Positions 1 through 9,586 of a stretch of 64,000 nt of DNA are shown piece after piece (within the stretch, counting starts at the first letter, position 1; each line of letters opens with the position of its first letter). The stretch covers positions 310,001-374,000 of the forward strand of contig CP060766.1 in the NCBI GenBank assembly GCA_023205875.1. Direction: 5' to 3'. A program made the translations under genes and the position numbers. The notes under the pieces were generated by a model that was not told the origin of the DNA, ran no database searches, and saw nothing but the letters and a program-made list of their open reading frames with translations. This DNA is from Chloropicon primus (taxonomy: Eukaryota).

Positions 1-2770
1 ACGGCACCAACACGATTGTCGTCCGCATCGTCAACAGCCAAAGCCATCACCATATTGTCATCACCGCGAGCCACGGCACCAACACGATTCATGTCAGCTT
101 CACCTTCAGCACCAGCAACAACTGTGTTGTTCTCACCACGAGCCACGGCATCAACGCGATTCATGTCAGCAGATTGAGCACCAGCATTCACTGTGTTGTC
201 ATCACCACGAGCCACGGCACCAACACGATTGTCGTCCGCACCCTCAAAAGCCTCAGCAATCACTGTGTTGTCATCACCACGAGCCACGGCACCAACACGA
301 TTCATGTCAGCACCAAACTCAGCAGAAGCCTCCACTTCATTGCGATCACCACGAGCCACGGCACCAACACGATTCATGTCAGCAAGTTGAACAGCCAAAG
401 CCATCACCATATTGTCATCACCGCGAGCCACGGCACCAACACGATTCATGTCAGCTTCACCTTGAGCACCAGCAATCACCATATTGTCATCACCACGAGC
501 CGCGGCACCAACACGATTGTCGTTCGCATCCTCAACAGCAGCAGCCTCCACTATATTGTCATCACCACGAGCCACGGCACCAACACGATTCATGTCAGAT
601 TCTTGAGAAGCAGTAGCAAACAATAAGTTTGCATTCCCGTCAGCCACAGCACTAACGTTATTCATGGTAGCAAAATCATCAGCTTCGGCAGTCACATTGT
701 TGCCATCACCGCGAGCCACGGCACCAACACGATTCATGTCAGCTTCAGCATCAGCAGTAGCCATCACCATATTGTCATCACCACGAGCCGCGGCACCAAC
801 ACGATTGCCAAAGGAATCTACAACAGCACCAGCAATCACTGTGTTGTTCTCACCACGAGCCACGGCATCAACGTCATTCATGTCAGATGCAACAACAGCA
901 ACAGCAGTCACTGTATTATTGTCACCGCGAGCCACGGCACCAACACGATTCATGTCAGATTCTTGAGAAGCAGTAGCAAACAATAAGTTTGCATTCCCGT
1001 CAGCCACAGCACTAACGTTATTCATGGTAGCAAAATCATCAGCTTCGGCAGTCACATTGTTGCCATCACCGCGAGCCGCGGCATCAACACGATTGTCGAC
1101 AACATTCTCAGAAGCTGAAGCCTTCACTGTGTTCTCATCGCCACGAGCCATGGCGCGGAGCCTGTTGCGATCAGATGCCTCGGTCTCGACGGTCACGTCG
1201 TTGCGGTTTCCACGAGCCACGGCACCAACACGATTGTCGTCCGCATCGTCAACAGCACCAGCAATCACCATATTGTCATCACCGCGAGCCACGGCACCAA
1301 CACGATTCATGTCAGCTTCAGCTTCAGCAGTAGCCATCACCATATTGTCATCACCACGAGCCGCGGCACCAACACGATTGCCAGAGGAAACTACAACAGC
1401 ACCAGCAATCACTGTGTTGTCATCACCACGAGCCACGGCGCCAATGTCATTCATGTCAGATGCAGCAACAGCACCAGCAGTCACTGTATTGTTCTCACCA
1501 CGAGCCACGGCACCAACACGATTCATGTCAGCTTCAGCTTCAGCAGTAGCCATCACCATATTGTCATCACCGCGAGCCACGGCACCAACACGATTCATGT
1601 CAGATTCTTGAGAAGCAGTAGCAAACAATAAGTTTGCATTCCCGTCAGCCACAGCACTAACGTTATTCATGGTAGCAAAATCATCAGCTTCGGCAGTCAC
1701 ATTGTTGCCATCACCGCGAGCCGCGGCATCAACACGATTCGCTTCTCAGAAGCTGAAGCCTTCACTGTGTTCTCATCGCCACGAGCCACGGCATCAACGT
1801 CATTCATGGTAGCATTACCATAAGCTTCGGCAGTCATATCACCACGAGCCGCGGCACCAACACGATTGTCGTCCGCATCCTCAGAACCTGCAGCAGTCAC
1901 TGTGTTGCCATCACCGCGAGCCGCAGCATCAACGTCATTCATGTCAGATGCACCAACAGCACCAGCAATCACTGTGTTGTTCTCACCACGAGCCACGGCA
2001 TCAACGTCATTCATGTCAGATGCAACAACAGCAACAGCAGTCACTGTATTATTGTCACCGCGAGCCACGGCACCAACACGATTCATGTCAGATTCAGCTT
2101 CAGCAGTAGCAAACAATAAGTTTGCATTCCCGTCAGCCACGGCACCAACGTCATTCATGGTAGCAGTCTCAGAAGCTTGGGCAGTCACTGTGTTGCCCTC
2201 ACCACGAGCCACGGCTTCAACGTCATTCATGGTAGCACCAAACGCAGCAGTTGCAGTCACTGTGTTGTTATCACCATGAGCCACGGCTTCAACGTGATTC
2301 ATGTCAGCACCAACAGAAGAAGCAGAAACGGTGTTCTCCGAGCCGACAGCCGAAGCGCGGAGGTCATTGTCGTCCCCGCCGTCAGCCGTAGCACTTGCGG
2401 TGGACGACGAACCTTTTGCTTCGCCCGTCAACATTCCGTCACCAGAAACCTCGGTCATGACGATCTCACCCGCACCACTCATGGAGGCGGTGCTGCTGCC
2501 TTGAGCAGCGCCATCGGTGGTCATCGCCATGACCTTTGCTTTGGTGTCTCCGGCGTCGGCCTCAGCGGAGGCCATGAAGGTGCCGCTGCCGTCGACTTCC
2601 GCCTTGCTTGTTTCGCTCGCGATGCCAATACCGCTGCTCCCAACGGTGCTCGCCTTGGACCTTCCGTAGCTGTGGGGCCTCCCCCACCTCTGGCCGTACA
2701 CAGGCGTGGCGGCGGCCACCACCACCACCACGGCCAGCCAAACGCACAACCACTCGACGTTCTTTTTCAT
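1..2770 (-). CDS. Secreted tandem-repeat (curlin-like/beta-solenoid) protein, paralog B; frameshifted near 1740, 3' end outside window
   Basis: ATG at 2770 gives a signal peptide (MKKNVEWLCVWLAVVVVVAAATPVYG) identical to paralog A. About 24-aa NRVGAVARGDDNTV repeats follow. Repeats at 9-1731 share one frame and those above 1750 another; at about 1740 the repeat reads ACACGATT-CGC-TTCTCAGA versus ACACGATT-GTCGACAACA-TTCTCAGA in sister repeats (net -7 nt). Confidence 0.75.
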
Positions 2771-3136
2771 TTTTTCTTTTTCAGTTGATGTTGTTGTTGT
2801 TCGGCTCCGCAGCGGTCAACCACCGAGCGCCTTCTGCTCACGTCGCTTCTTCTCTTCGTCCTCGCCGCCCTTCCCTCCCTCCCTCCTCTCCGTTCCGTTC
2901 CGTTTCCCTTCACGAAGAGAAAAGCGCTTTCGACGGAGGGGTTCCCTTCCTGCGCGTCGTGTCGTTTCGTTGCGTTGTCGTGGACGCGTTCTCGTCCCCT
3001 CGTCCCCTCCCTCTCCCTCTGGTGGTCGCCCTCCTCCCCTCCTCCCCTCTCCTCTGCCCGGGCGTTAATTCTCTCGGGCCTCATCCGTTAGCCACGGAAT
3101 TAACCACAGCACTCGGGAATTCTCCTCGAAAAATCT
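2280..3136. repeat. Segmental duplication (5' CDS plus upstream region) of about 6586-7443
   Basis: Near-identical sequence about 4.3 kb apart, ending at TCTCCTCGAAAAATCT in both copies (3136 and 7443). Confidence 0.9.
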
Positions 3137-3917
3137 TGGCAATCCGAGAGTTAACGCCCGGGCAGAGGAGAGGAGAGGAGAGGAGAGGCCTCGGGAGGAG
3201 AGACAGGGACGGGAGTTGGGCAAGGAGAGAGACGAGGATAGGGAGGGAACCTCCTCCTGTCCTGGGTTCGAGAAAGATGAGTGCTTTGGTCAATGGAAAC
3301 GACGACGATCGACGTTGGGAGTGGAGGACCTTCAAGGACTGCGAGCCTGGTCCCGATGAGCATCGAGCTGGACTGGTTCCTTTGGAAGGAGGGAGAGAAG
3401 AGGAGAGACGTCTCCAATCCCCACCACAGGGTCCTCGCGATCTTTTACTGAGTGGGAGGACAGCAAGCAGTGCGTGTGGGAGAAGGAGAGGACTGTCCAG
3501 GGAAGAAAAATATATTAAATATTTAATACTTGATTATAATTTTGCTTTGTTTTGTTTTGTGTATGCTCGTTCGTTCGCTCCTCGAGAGCTCGATGACGAC
3601 AGAGCAGCTTCCGCGATGAGGAGGACGAAGACCACCACCAGCATCGTAGATGGGGACGGGAGTTGGCCAAGGAGAGAGAGAGAGACGAGGCCAAGGAGGG
3701 AACCTCCTGTCCTGTCCTGTTGAGGAGATTCCTGCCCCGGTTTCGAAAGATCCGGCAGGAGCTGAAAGAGGGAATAACATGGATAAAAAAAGACAAACGT
3801 TTGTGTTTGTGTACTTTTAGATCTTGAAAAGGAACAAAGGAGGAACCTTGGGAGGCTCGAAGCAGGACCAGTGGTCGTTGCTAAAACCCCAAACACTTGA
3901 TCCACGGTTTCTTTGAA

Positions 3918-6900
3918 TTAAGGCACGTTAACTGTCTTCGACATGCCATTACCACGAACAAGGACCGGCCTGACCACGCCTTCCGCTTTCTTGGCCTTGA
4001 CGGTCACGTCGTTGCGGTTTCCGCGAGCCAAGGCGCGGAGCCTGTTGCGATCAGATTTCTTGGCCTTGACGGTCACGTCGTTGCGGTTTCCGCGAGCCAT
4101 GGCGCGGAGCCTGTTGCGATCAGATGCCTCGGTCTCGACGGTCACGCCGTTGCGGTTTCCACGAGCCATGGCGCGGAGTCTGTTGCGATCAGATTCCGCG
4201 GTCACGACGGTCACGTCGTTGCGGTTTCCGCGAGCCATGGCGCGGAGCCTGTTGCGATCAGATGCCTCGGTCTCGACGGTCACGCCGTTGCGGTTTCCAC
4301 GAGCCATGGCGCGGAGTCTGTTGCGATCAGATTCCGCGGTCACGACGGTCACGTCGTTGCGGTTTCCGCGAGCCATGGCGCGGAGCCTGTTGCGATCAGA
4401 TGCCTCGGTCTCGACGGTCACGCCGTTGCGGTTTCCACGAGCCATGGCGCGGAGTCTGTTGCGATCAGATTCCGCGGTCACGACGGTCACGTCGTTGCGG
4501 TTTCCGCGAGCCATGGCGCGGAGCCTGTTGCGATCAGATGCCTCGGTCTCGACGGTCACGCCGTTGCGGTTTCCGCGAGCCATGGCGCGGAGCCTGTTGC
4601 GATCAGATGCCTCGGTCTCGACGGTCACGCCGTTGCGGTTTCCACGAGCCATGGCGCGGAGCCTGTTGCGATCAGATTCCGCGGTCACGACGGTCACGTC
4701 GTTGCGGTTTCCGCGAGCCATGGCGCGGAGCCTGTTGCGATCAGATTCCTCGGTCTCGACGGTCACGTCGTTGCGGTTTCCGCGAGCCACGGCACCAACA
4801 CGATTGTCGTCCGCATCGTCAACAGCACCAGCAATCACCATGTTGTCATCACCACGAGCCGCGGCACTAACACGATTCATGTCAGCACCAAACTCAGCAG
4901 AAGCCTCCACTTCATTGCGATCACCACGAGCCACGGCACCAACACGATTGCCAGAGGAAACTACAAAAGCAGCAGCCTCCACTGTATTGTCATCACCACG
5001 AGCCGCGGCACCAACACGATTGCCAGAGGAAACTACAAGAGCACCAGCATTCACTGTGTTGTTCTCACCACGAGCCACGGCACCAATGTCATTCATGTCA
5101 GATGCAGCAACAGCAACAGCAGTCACTGTATTGTTGTCACCACGAGCCACGGCACCAACACGATTCATGTCAGCTTCAGCTTCAGCAGTAGCCATCACCA
5201 TATTGTCATCACCGCGAGCCACGGCACCAACACGATTCATGTCAGATTCTTGAGAAGCAGTAGCAAACAATAAGTTTGCATTCCCGTCAGCCACGGCACT
5301 AACGTTATTCATGGTAGCAAAATCATCAGCTTCGGCAGTCACATTGTTGCCATCACCGCGAGCCGCGGCATCAACACGATTGTCGACAACATTCTCAGAA
5401 GCTGAAGCCTTCACTGTGTTCTCATCGCCACGAGCCACGGCATCAACGTCATTCATGGTAGCATTACCATAAGCTTCGGCAGTCACTGTGTTATCATCAC
5501 CACGAGCCACGGCACCAACACGATTGTCGTCCGCATCCTCAAAAGCACCAGCAATCACTGTGTTGTCATCACCACGAGCCACGGCACCAACACGATTGTC
5601 GTCCGCATCCTCAAAAGCACCAGCAATCACCATGTTGTCATCACCACGAGCCACGGCACCAACACGATTGTCGTCCGCATCGTCAACAGCACCAGCCTCC
5701 ACTGTATTGTCATCACCGCGAGCCGCGGCACCAATGTCATTCATGTCAGATGCAGCAACAGCAACAGCAGTCACTGTATTGTTGTCACCACGAGCCACGG
5801 CACCAACACGATTCATGTCAGCTTCAGCTTCAGCAGTAGCCATCACCATATTGTCATCACCGCGAGCCACGGCACCAACACGATTCATGTCAGATTCTTG
5901 AGAAGCAGTAGCAAACAATAAGTTTGCATTCCCGTCAGCCACGGCACTAACGTTATTCATGGTAGCAGTCTCAGAAGCTTGGGCAGTCACATTGTTGCCA
6001 TCACCGCGAGCCGCGGCATCAACACGATTGTCGACAACATTCTCAGAAGCTGAAGCCTTCACTGTGTTCTCATCGCCACGAGCCACGGCATCAACGTCAT
6101 TCATGGTAGCATTACCATAAGCTTCGGCAGTCACTGTGTTATCATCACCACGAGCCACGGCACCAACACGATTGTCGTCCGCATCCTCAAAAGCACCAGC
6201 AATCACTGTGTTGTCATCACCACGAGCCACGGCACCAACACGATTGTCGTCCGCATCGTCAACAGCACCAGCCTCCACTGTATTGTCATCACCGCGAGCC
6301 GCGGCACCAACACGATTGTCGTCCGCACCATCAACAGCACCAGCAATCACCATATTGTCATCACCGCGAGCCACGGCACCAACACGATTGTCGTCCGCAT
6401 CGTCAACAGCCAAAGCCATCACCATATTGTCATCACCGCGAGCCACGGCTTCAACACGATTGTCGTCCGCATCGTCAACAGCCAAAGCCATCACCATATT
6501 GTCATCACCGCGAGCCACGGCACCAACACGATTGTCGTCCGCATCGTCAACAGCACCAGCCTCCACTGTATTGCCGTCACCATGAGCCACGGCATCAATG
6601 TGATTCATGTCAGCATCAACAGAAGAAGCAGAAACGGTGTTCCCCGAGCCGACAGCCGAAGCGCGGAGGTCATTGTCGTCCCCGCCGTCAGCCGTAGCAC
6701 TTGCGGTGGACGACGAACCTTTTGCTTCGCCCGTCAACATTCCGTCACCAGAAACCTCGGTCATGACCATCTCACCCGCACCACTCATGGAGGCGGTGCT
6801 GCTGCCTTGAGCAGCGCCATCGGTGGTCATCGCCATGACCTTTGCTTTGGTGTCTCCGGCGTCGGCCTCAGCGGAGGCCATGAAGGTGCCGCTGCCGTCG

Positions 6901-7076
6901 ACTTCCGCCTTGCTTGTTTCGCTCGCGATGCCAATACCGCTGCTCCCAACGGTGCTCGCCTTGGACCTTCCGTAGCTGTGGGGCCTCCCCCACCTCTGGC
7001 CGTACACAGGCGTGGCGGCGGCCACCACCACCACCACGGCCAGCCAAACGCACAACCACTCGACGTTCTTTTTCAT
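3918..7076 (-). CDS. Secreted tandem-repeat (curlin-like/beta-solenoid) protein, paralog A, 1052 aa
   Basis: Open frame from ATG 7076 to TAA 3918. Signal peptide, acidic about 24-aa repeats with many RGD tripeptides, then 11 Arg-rich 23-aa repeats (NRLRAMARGNRNDVTVVTAESDR). Confidence 0.85.
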   Translation of the reverse strand: MKKNVEWLCVWLAVVVVVAAATPVYGQRWGRPHSYGRSKASTVGSSGIGIASETSKAEVDGSGTFMASAEADAGDTKAKVMAMTTDGAAQGSSTASMSGAGEMVMTEVSGDGMLTGEAKGSSSTASATADGGDDNDLRASAVGSGNTVSASSVDADMNHIDAVAHGDGNTVEAGAVDDADDNRVGAVARGDDNMVMALAVDDADDNRVEAVARGDDNMVMALAVDDADDNRVGAVARGDDNMVIAGAVDGADDNRVGAAARGDDNTVEAGAVDDADDNRVGAVARGDDNTVIAGAFEDADDNRVGAVARGDDNTVTAEAYGNATMNDVDAVARGDENTVKASASENVVDNRVDAAARGDGNNVTAQASETATMNNVSAVADGNANLLFATASQESDMNRVGAVARGDDNMVMATAEAEADMNRVGAVARGDNNTVTAVAVAASDMNDIGAAARGDDNTVEAGAVDDADDNRVGAVARGDDNMVIAGAFEDADDNRVGAVARGDDNTVIAGAFEDADDNRVGAVARGDDNTVTAEAYGNATMNDVDAVARGDENTVKASASENVVDNRVDAAARGDGNNVTAEADDFATMNNVSAVADGNANLLFATASQESDMNRVGAVARGDDNMVMATAEAEADMNRVGAVARGDNNTVTAVAVAASDMNDIGAVARGENNTVNAGALVVSSGNRVGAAARGDDNTVEAAAFVVSSGNRVGAVARGDRNEVEASAEFGADMNRVSAAARGDDNMVIAGAVDDADDNRVGAVARGNRNDVTVETEESDRNRLRAMARGNRNDVTVVTAESDRNRLRAMARGNRNGVTVETEASDRNRLRAMARGNRNGVTVETEASDRNRLRAMARGNRNDVTVVTAESDRNRLRAMARGNRNGVTVETEASDRNRLRAMARGNRNDVTVVTAESDRNRLRAMARGNRNGVTVETEASDRNRLRAMARGNRNDVTVVTAESDRNRLRAMARGNRNGVTVETEASDRNRLRAMARGNRNDVTVKAKKSDRNRLRALARGNRNDVTVKAKKAEGVVRPVLVRGNGMSKTVNVP
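4020..4790. repeat. 69-bp coding minisatellite, about 11 units (Arg-rich block of paralog A)
   Basis: Near-identical 69-nt units (GTTGCGGTTTCC...GAGCCATGGCGCGGAG...TGTTGCGATCAGA) in two alternating variants. Confidence 0.9.
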
Positions 7077-7806
7077 TTTTTCTTTTTTTTCCCAGTTGGT
7101 GTTGTTGTTGTTCGGCTCCGCAGCTGTCAACCACCGAGCGCCTTCTGCTCACGTCGCTTCTTCTCTTCGTCCTCGCCGCCCTTCCCTCCCTCCCTCCTCT
7201 CCGTTCCGTTCCGTTTCCCTTCACGAAGAGAAAAGCGCATTCGACGGAGGGGTTCCCTTCCTGCGCGTCGTGTCGTTTCGTTGCGTTGTCGTGGACGCGT
7301 TCTCGTCCCCTCGTCCCCTCCCTCTCCCTCTGGTGGTCGCCTTCCTCCCCTCCTCCCCTCTCCTCTGCCCGGGCGTTAATTCTCTCGGGCCTCATCCGTT
7401 AGCCACGGAACCACAGCACTCGGGAATTCTCCTCGAAAAATCTGGGTTTACACCCACGGACCGACCGTTACACACCGTAACGTCTCTAGGGAGGGGAGGA
7501 GCAAACCTTAACGCCCGAGCAGAGAGTGGGGCTCATTTGAGGTTGTTGCGGCCCCTGTCCTCCTCCTTGGCCGTAACAACAGGCCAACCCACGAGTTCAG
7601 CCAAGGAGGTTGCTCGGCGACGACGACGAACGACGGCAAGGTAACGTGACGTGGCTCGAAGTCTCCATCCGCTAGCAGCGCTGCTGAAGAGAGAGAGAGA
7701 GAGAGGGACTGACTGACTTGGACGCTTCTGCTTCGAAGAGAGAGTGTGCGTGCGTGTGTGCGTGTGTGAGAGAGGTAGGCAAGTGAGGCGTGGTGCTTGT
7801 GCGAGG

Positions 7807-8085
7807 ATGGACATGGAGCACTACGAGGCGACGGGATGCACTGTACTGGGCGCCATGTACAAGAAGGTGGAGTCCATCTGGCCCGGGAACTACTACGTGG
7901 TGGGTTGGGTGTTTGCTGCGGCAGGGGTCGCCCAGGTCGCCGTCGCGGCGGGAGTTGGCGCTTGGAGGATGATTCGACGGAGGCGAGAGGCGGGACGCGA
8001 TGCGGCGTACGCCGTGCTCCCCGGCATCCCCGAGACTTGCGCGTCAAGGTTGGGGGAGGAGGACGCCATTGCCGTGGCCGCCTAA
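7807..8085 (+). CDS. Small putative single-pass membrane protein (92 aa, may lack an upstream exon)
   Basis: ATG 7807; hydrophobic stretch YYVVGWVFAAAGVAQVAVAAGVGAW followed by RRRR; host-like codon usage. Confidence 0.4.
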   Translation: MDMEHYEATGCTVLGAMYKKVESIWPGNYYVVGWVFAAAGVAQVAVAAGVGAWRMIRRRREAGRDAAYAVLPGIPETCASRLGEEDAIAVAA

Positions 8086-8173
8086 GGAGAGCAAGAAAAT
8101 GAGGTTCTAACAAAAAAAACGCCCTAGCAGTCATCAATCCACAGCCTTTTCTTTTAGTGTCACTTCGCTTGCG

Positions 8174-9496
8174 TCACAGGAAGCCCACCTTCTTCTTCTC
8201 GGTTGCACAGAGGTTGGTTTCGGAGCGGTTCTTCTTGGACTTGGACAGGCTGCCGCCCCGCTGGAGGCCGTCGTCGTCCTCCTCCCCGGTTTCGCTGCCC
8301 CGGGACCGGACTCTGTTCACCGAGGCTCCGGCTTCGTTCTTCCCAGCCTCGTCGTTGAGGAGATCGTTGACCGTCTTGCGTGGGGTCTTGGTCTCGAGCG
8401 CGGGGGGCCTGCTGCCTACCCTGGACTGCCAGGAGAAGCCGTAGGTCGTGTGGCGGTTGATCCTCGGCCCCGGATCCTCCCAGTAGATCAAGTCGATGAT
8501 CTCCGTCATCTTCTCGTCCGTCTCGTACCTCCTCTCGATCGAAACGGCTTTCAGGGCCTCGTCGCAGTACACGGAGTCGATCTCCCCCCTCCCGACGCCG
8601 CCGTACAAGAAGGAGTCCCCGAAGGCCGTGAGGTGCTTGTAAGACTCGGTCACCAGGCTCATCACTGTCTCCCTGTCCCACTTGAGCAGGGACTCGATGT
8701 ACTTGAAAGTGAGCTGGACGAGAGGTCGGTCGTCCGAAACCGTGGACGTGATCAGCACACAGTCCTCGCGTGAGCCGAGGGAACCGAGCCCGAGCTCCGC
8801 CGCGAGCTCCTCCTCCTCCTGGGCCCCGTTCCCGTGCCGCCTGCGGTGCTGCCTCGCCCTGTGGAGCTTGCCCTTGATCTTCGACGTGGTCAACCGAACC
8901 CCGCTGCCAAAGTAATGGATCTCCTTGAGCGAACCGTCGCCCCCATTTCCCTCCAGGTCCCACACCAGCACCTCGGCCACGCTGAAGATGCGCGAGGTGG
9001 CGGACCTCCTCCTCACCAGGCTCCTCTCCCCCCCGGGGCTCCTCCCCTCTCCGCCCTCCTCGTCCTCGTCCTCCGCCAGGATGCCCTCCGGGATGACCAC
9101 CTCGTAAGCCGCCGTCGTTGCCCTCCTCTTCTCGTCCACGAAGACTTGCGTCAGCCTCCTCTCCATCTGCCTGGAGGCAGGGAACCTCTTCGCAAAGTTC
9201 TCGTACTCGTCAAGCACGACCTCGCGCCCCTGGAAGGCGCCCTCCGGCTTCAGGAGCAGCACTTGCTTGCTCACTAGCTCGTTGATCGTCCCTCTGTCCC
9301 ACCACACGCCCGTCGGCAGGCTGCTGGTCTCCCACGAGTTCCAGTACCGGGACCAGAGCGTGAGAAGCTTCCTCCTCGTCGTCGTGACGTCCTCGCGCGC
9401 CTTCGCTTGAGCCAAAACCCTCGAGGGATCGAGCCTAGGAGTCGAGAACGCTCTCAGAAGCTCCTCCTCCTCCTCCTCCCCCTCGACGCACGCCAT
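8174..9496 (-). CDS. Hypothetical protein, possibly with NTF2/SnoaL-like domains
   Basis: 440-aa ATG ORF with strong GC3 bias. Segments FQGREVVLDEYENF and YIESLLKWDRETVMSLV weakly resemble SnoaL-like helices. Confidence 0.65.
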   Translation of the reverse strand: MACVEGEEEEEELLRAFSTPRLDPSRVLAQAKAREDVTTTRRKLLTLWSRYWNSWETSSLPTGVWWDRGTINELVSKQVLLLKPEGAFQGREVVLDEYENFAKRFPASRQMERRLTQVFVDEKRRATTAAYEVVIPEGILAEDEDEEGGEGRSPGGERSLVRRRSATSRIFSVAEVLVWDLEGNGGDGSLKEIHYFGSGVRLTTSKIKGKLHRARQHRRRHGNGAQEEEELAAELGLGSLGSREDCVLITSTVSDDRPLVQLTFKYIESLLKWDRETVMSLVTESYKHLTAFGDSFLYGGVGRGEIDSVYCDEALKAVSIERRYETDEKMTEIIDLIYWEDPGPRINRHTTYGFSWQSRVGSRPPALETKTPRKTVNDLLNDEAGKNEAGASVNRVRSRGSETGEEDDDGLQRGGSLSKSKKNRSETNLCATEKKKVGFL

Positions 9497-9586
9497 CTCT
9501 CCCGTCCGTTACGCCGGGCCGTTGGGCCGTTACGCCTCGTTCCTCGTCCCTCTCCGTTTTTTTTTGGGGTCTATTTTTACGATTTA

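Noticed and set aside
174..6585. Plus-strand repetitive ORFs (SPRATAPTR / SHGTNT repeats)
   Set aside because: They are shadows of the minus-strand repeat genes, which have the ATG, signal peptide and consistent frame.
1..6600. CRISPR-like appearance (constant GAGCCACGGCACCAACACGATT with variable intervals)
   Set aside because: The intervals are homologous to each other, multiples of 3 and coding; there are no cas genes and the context is eukaryotic.
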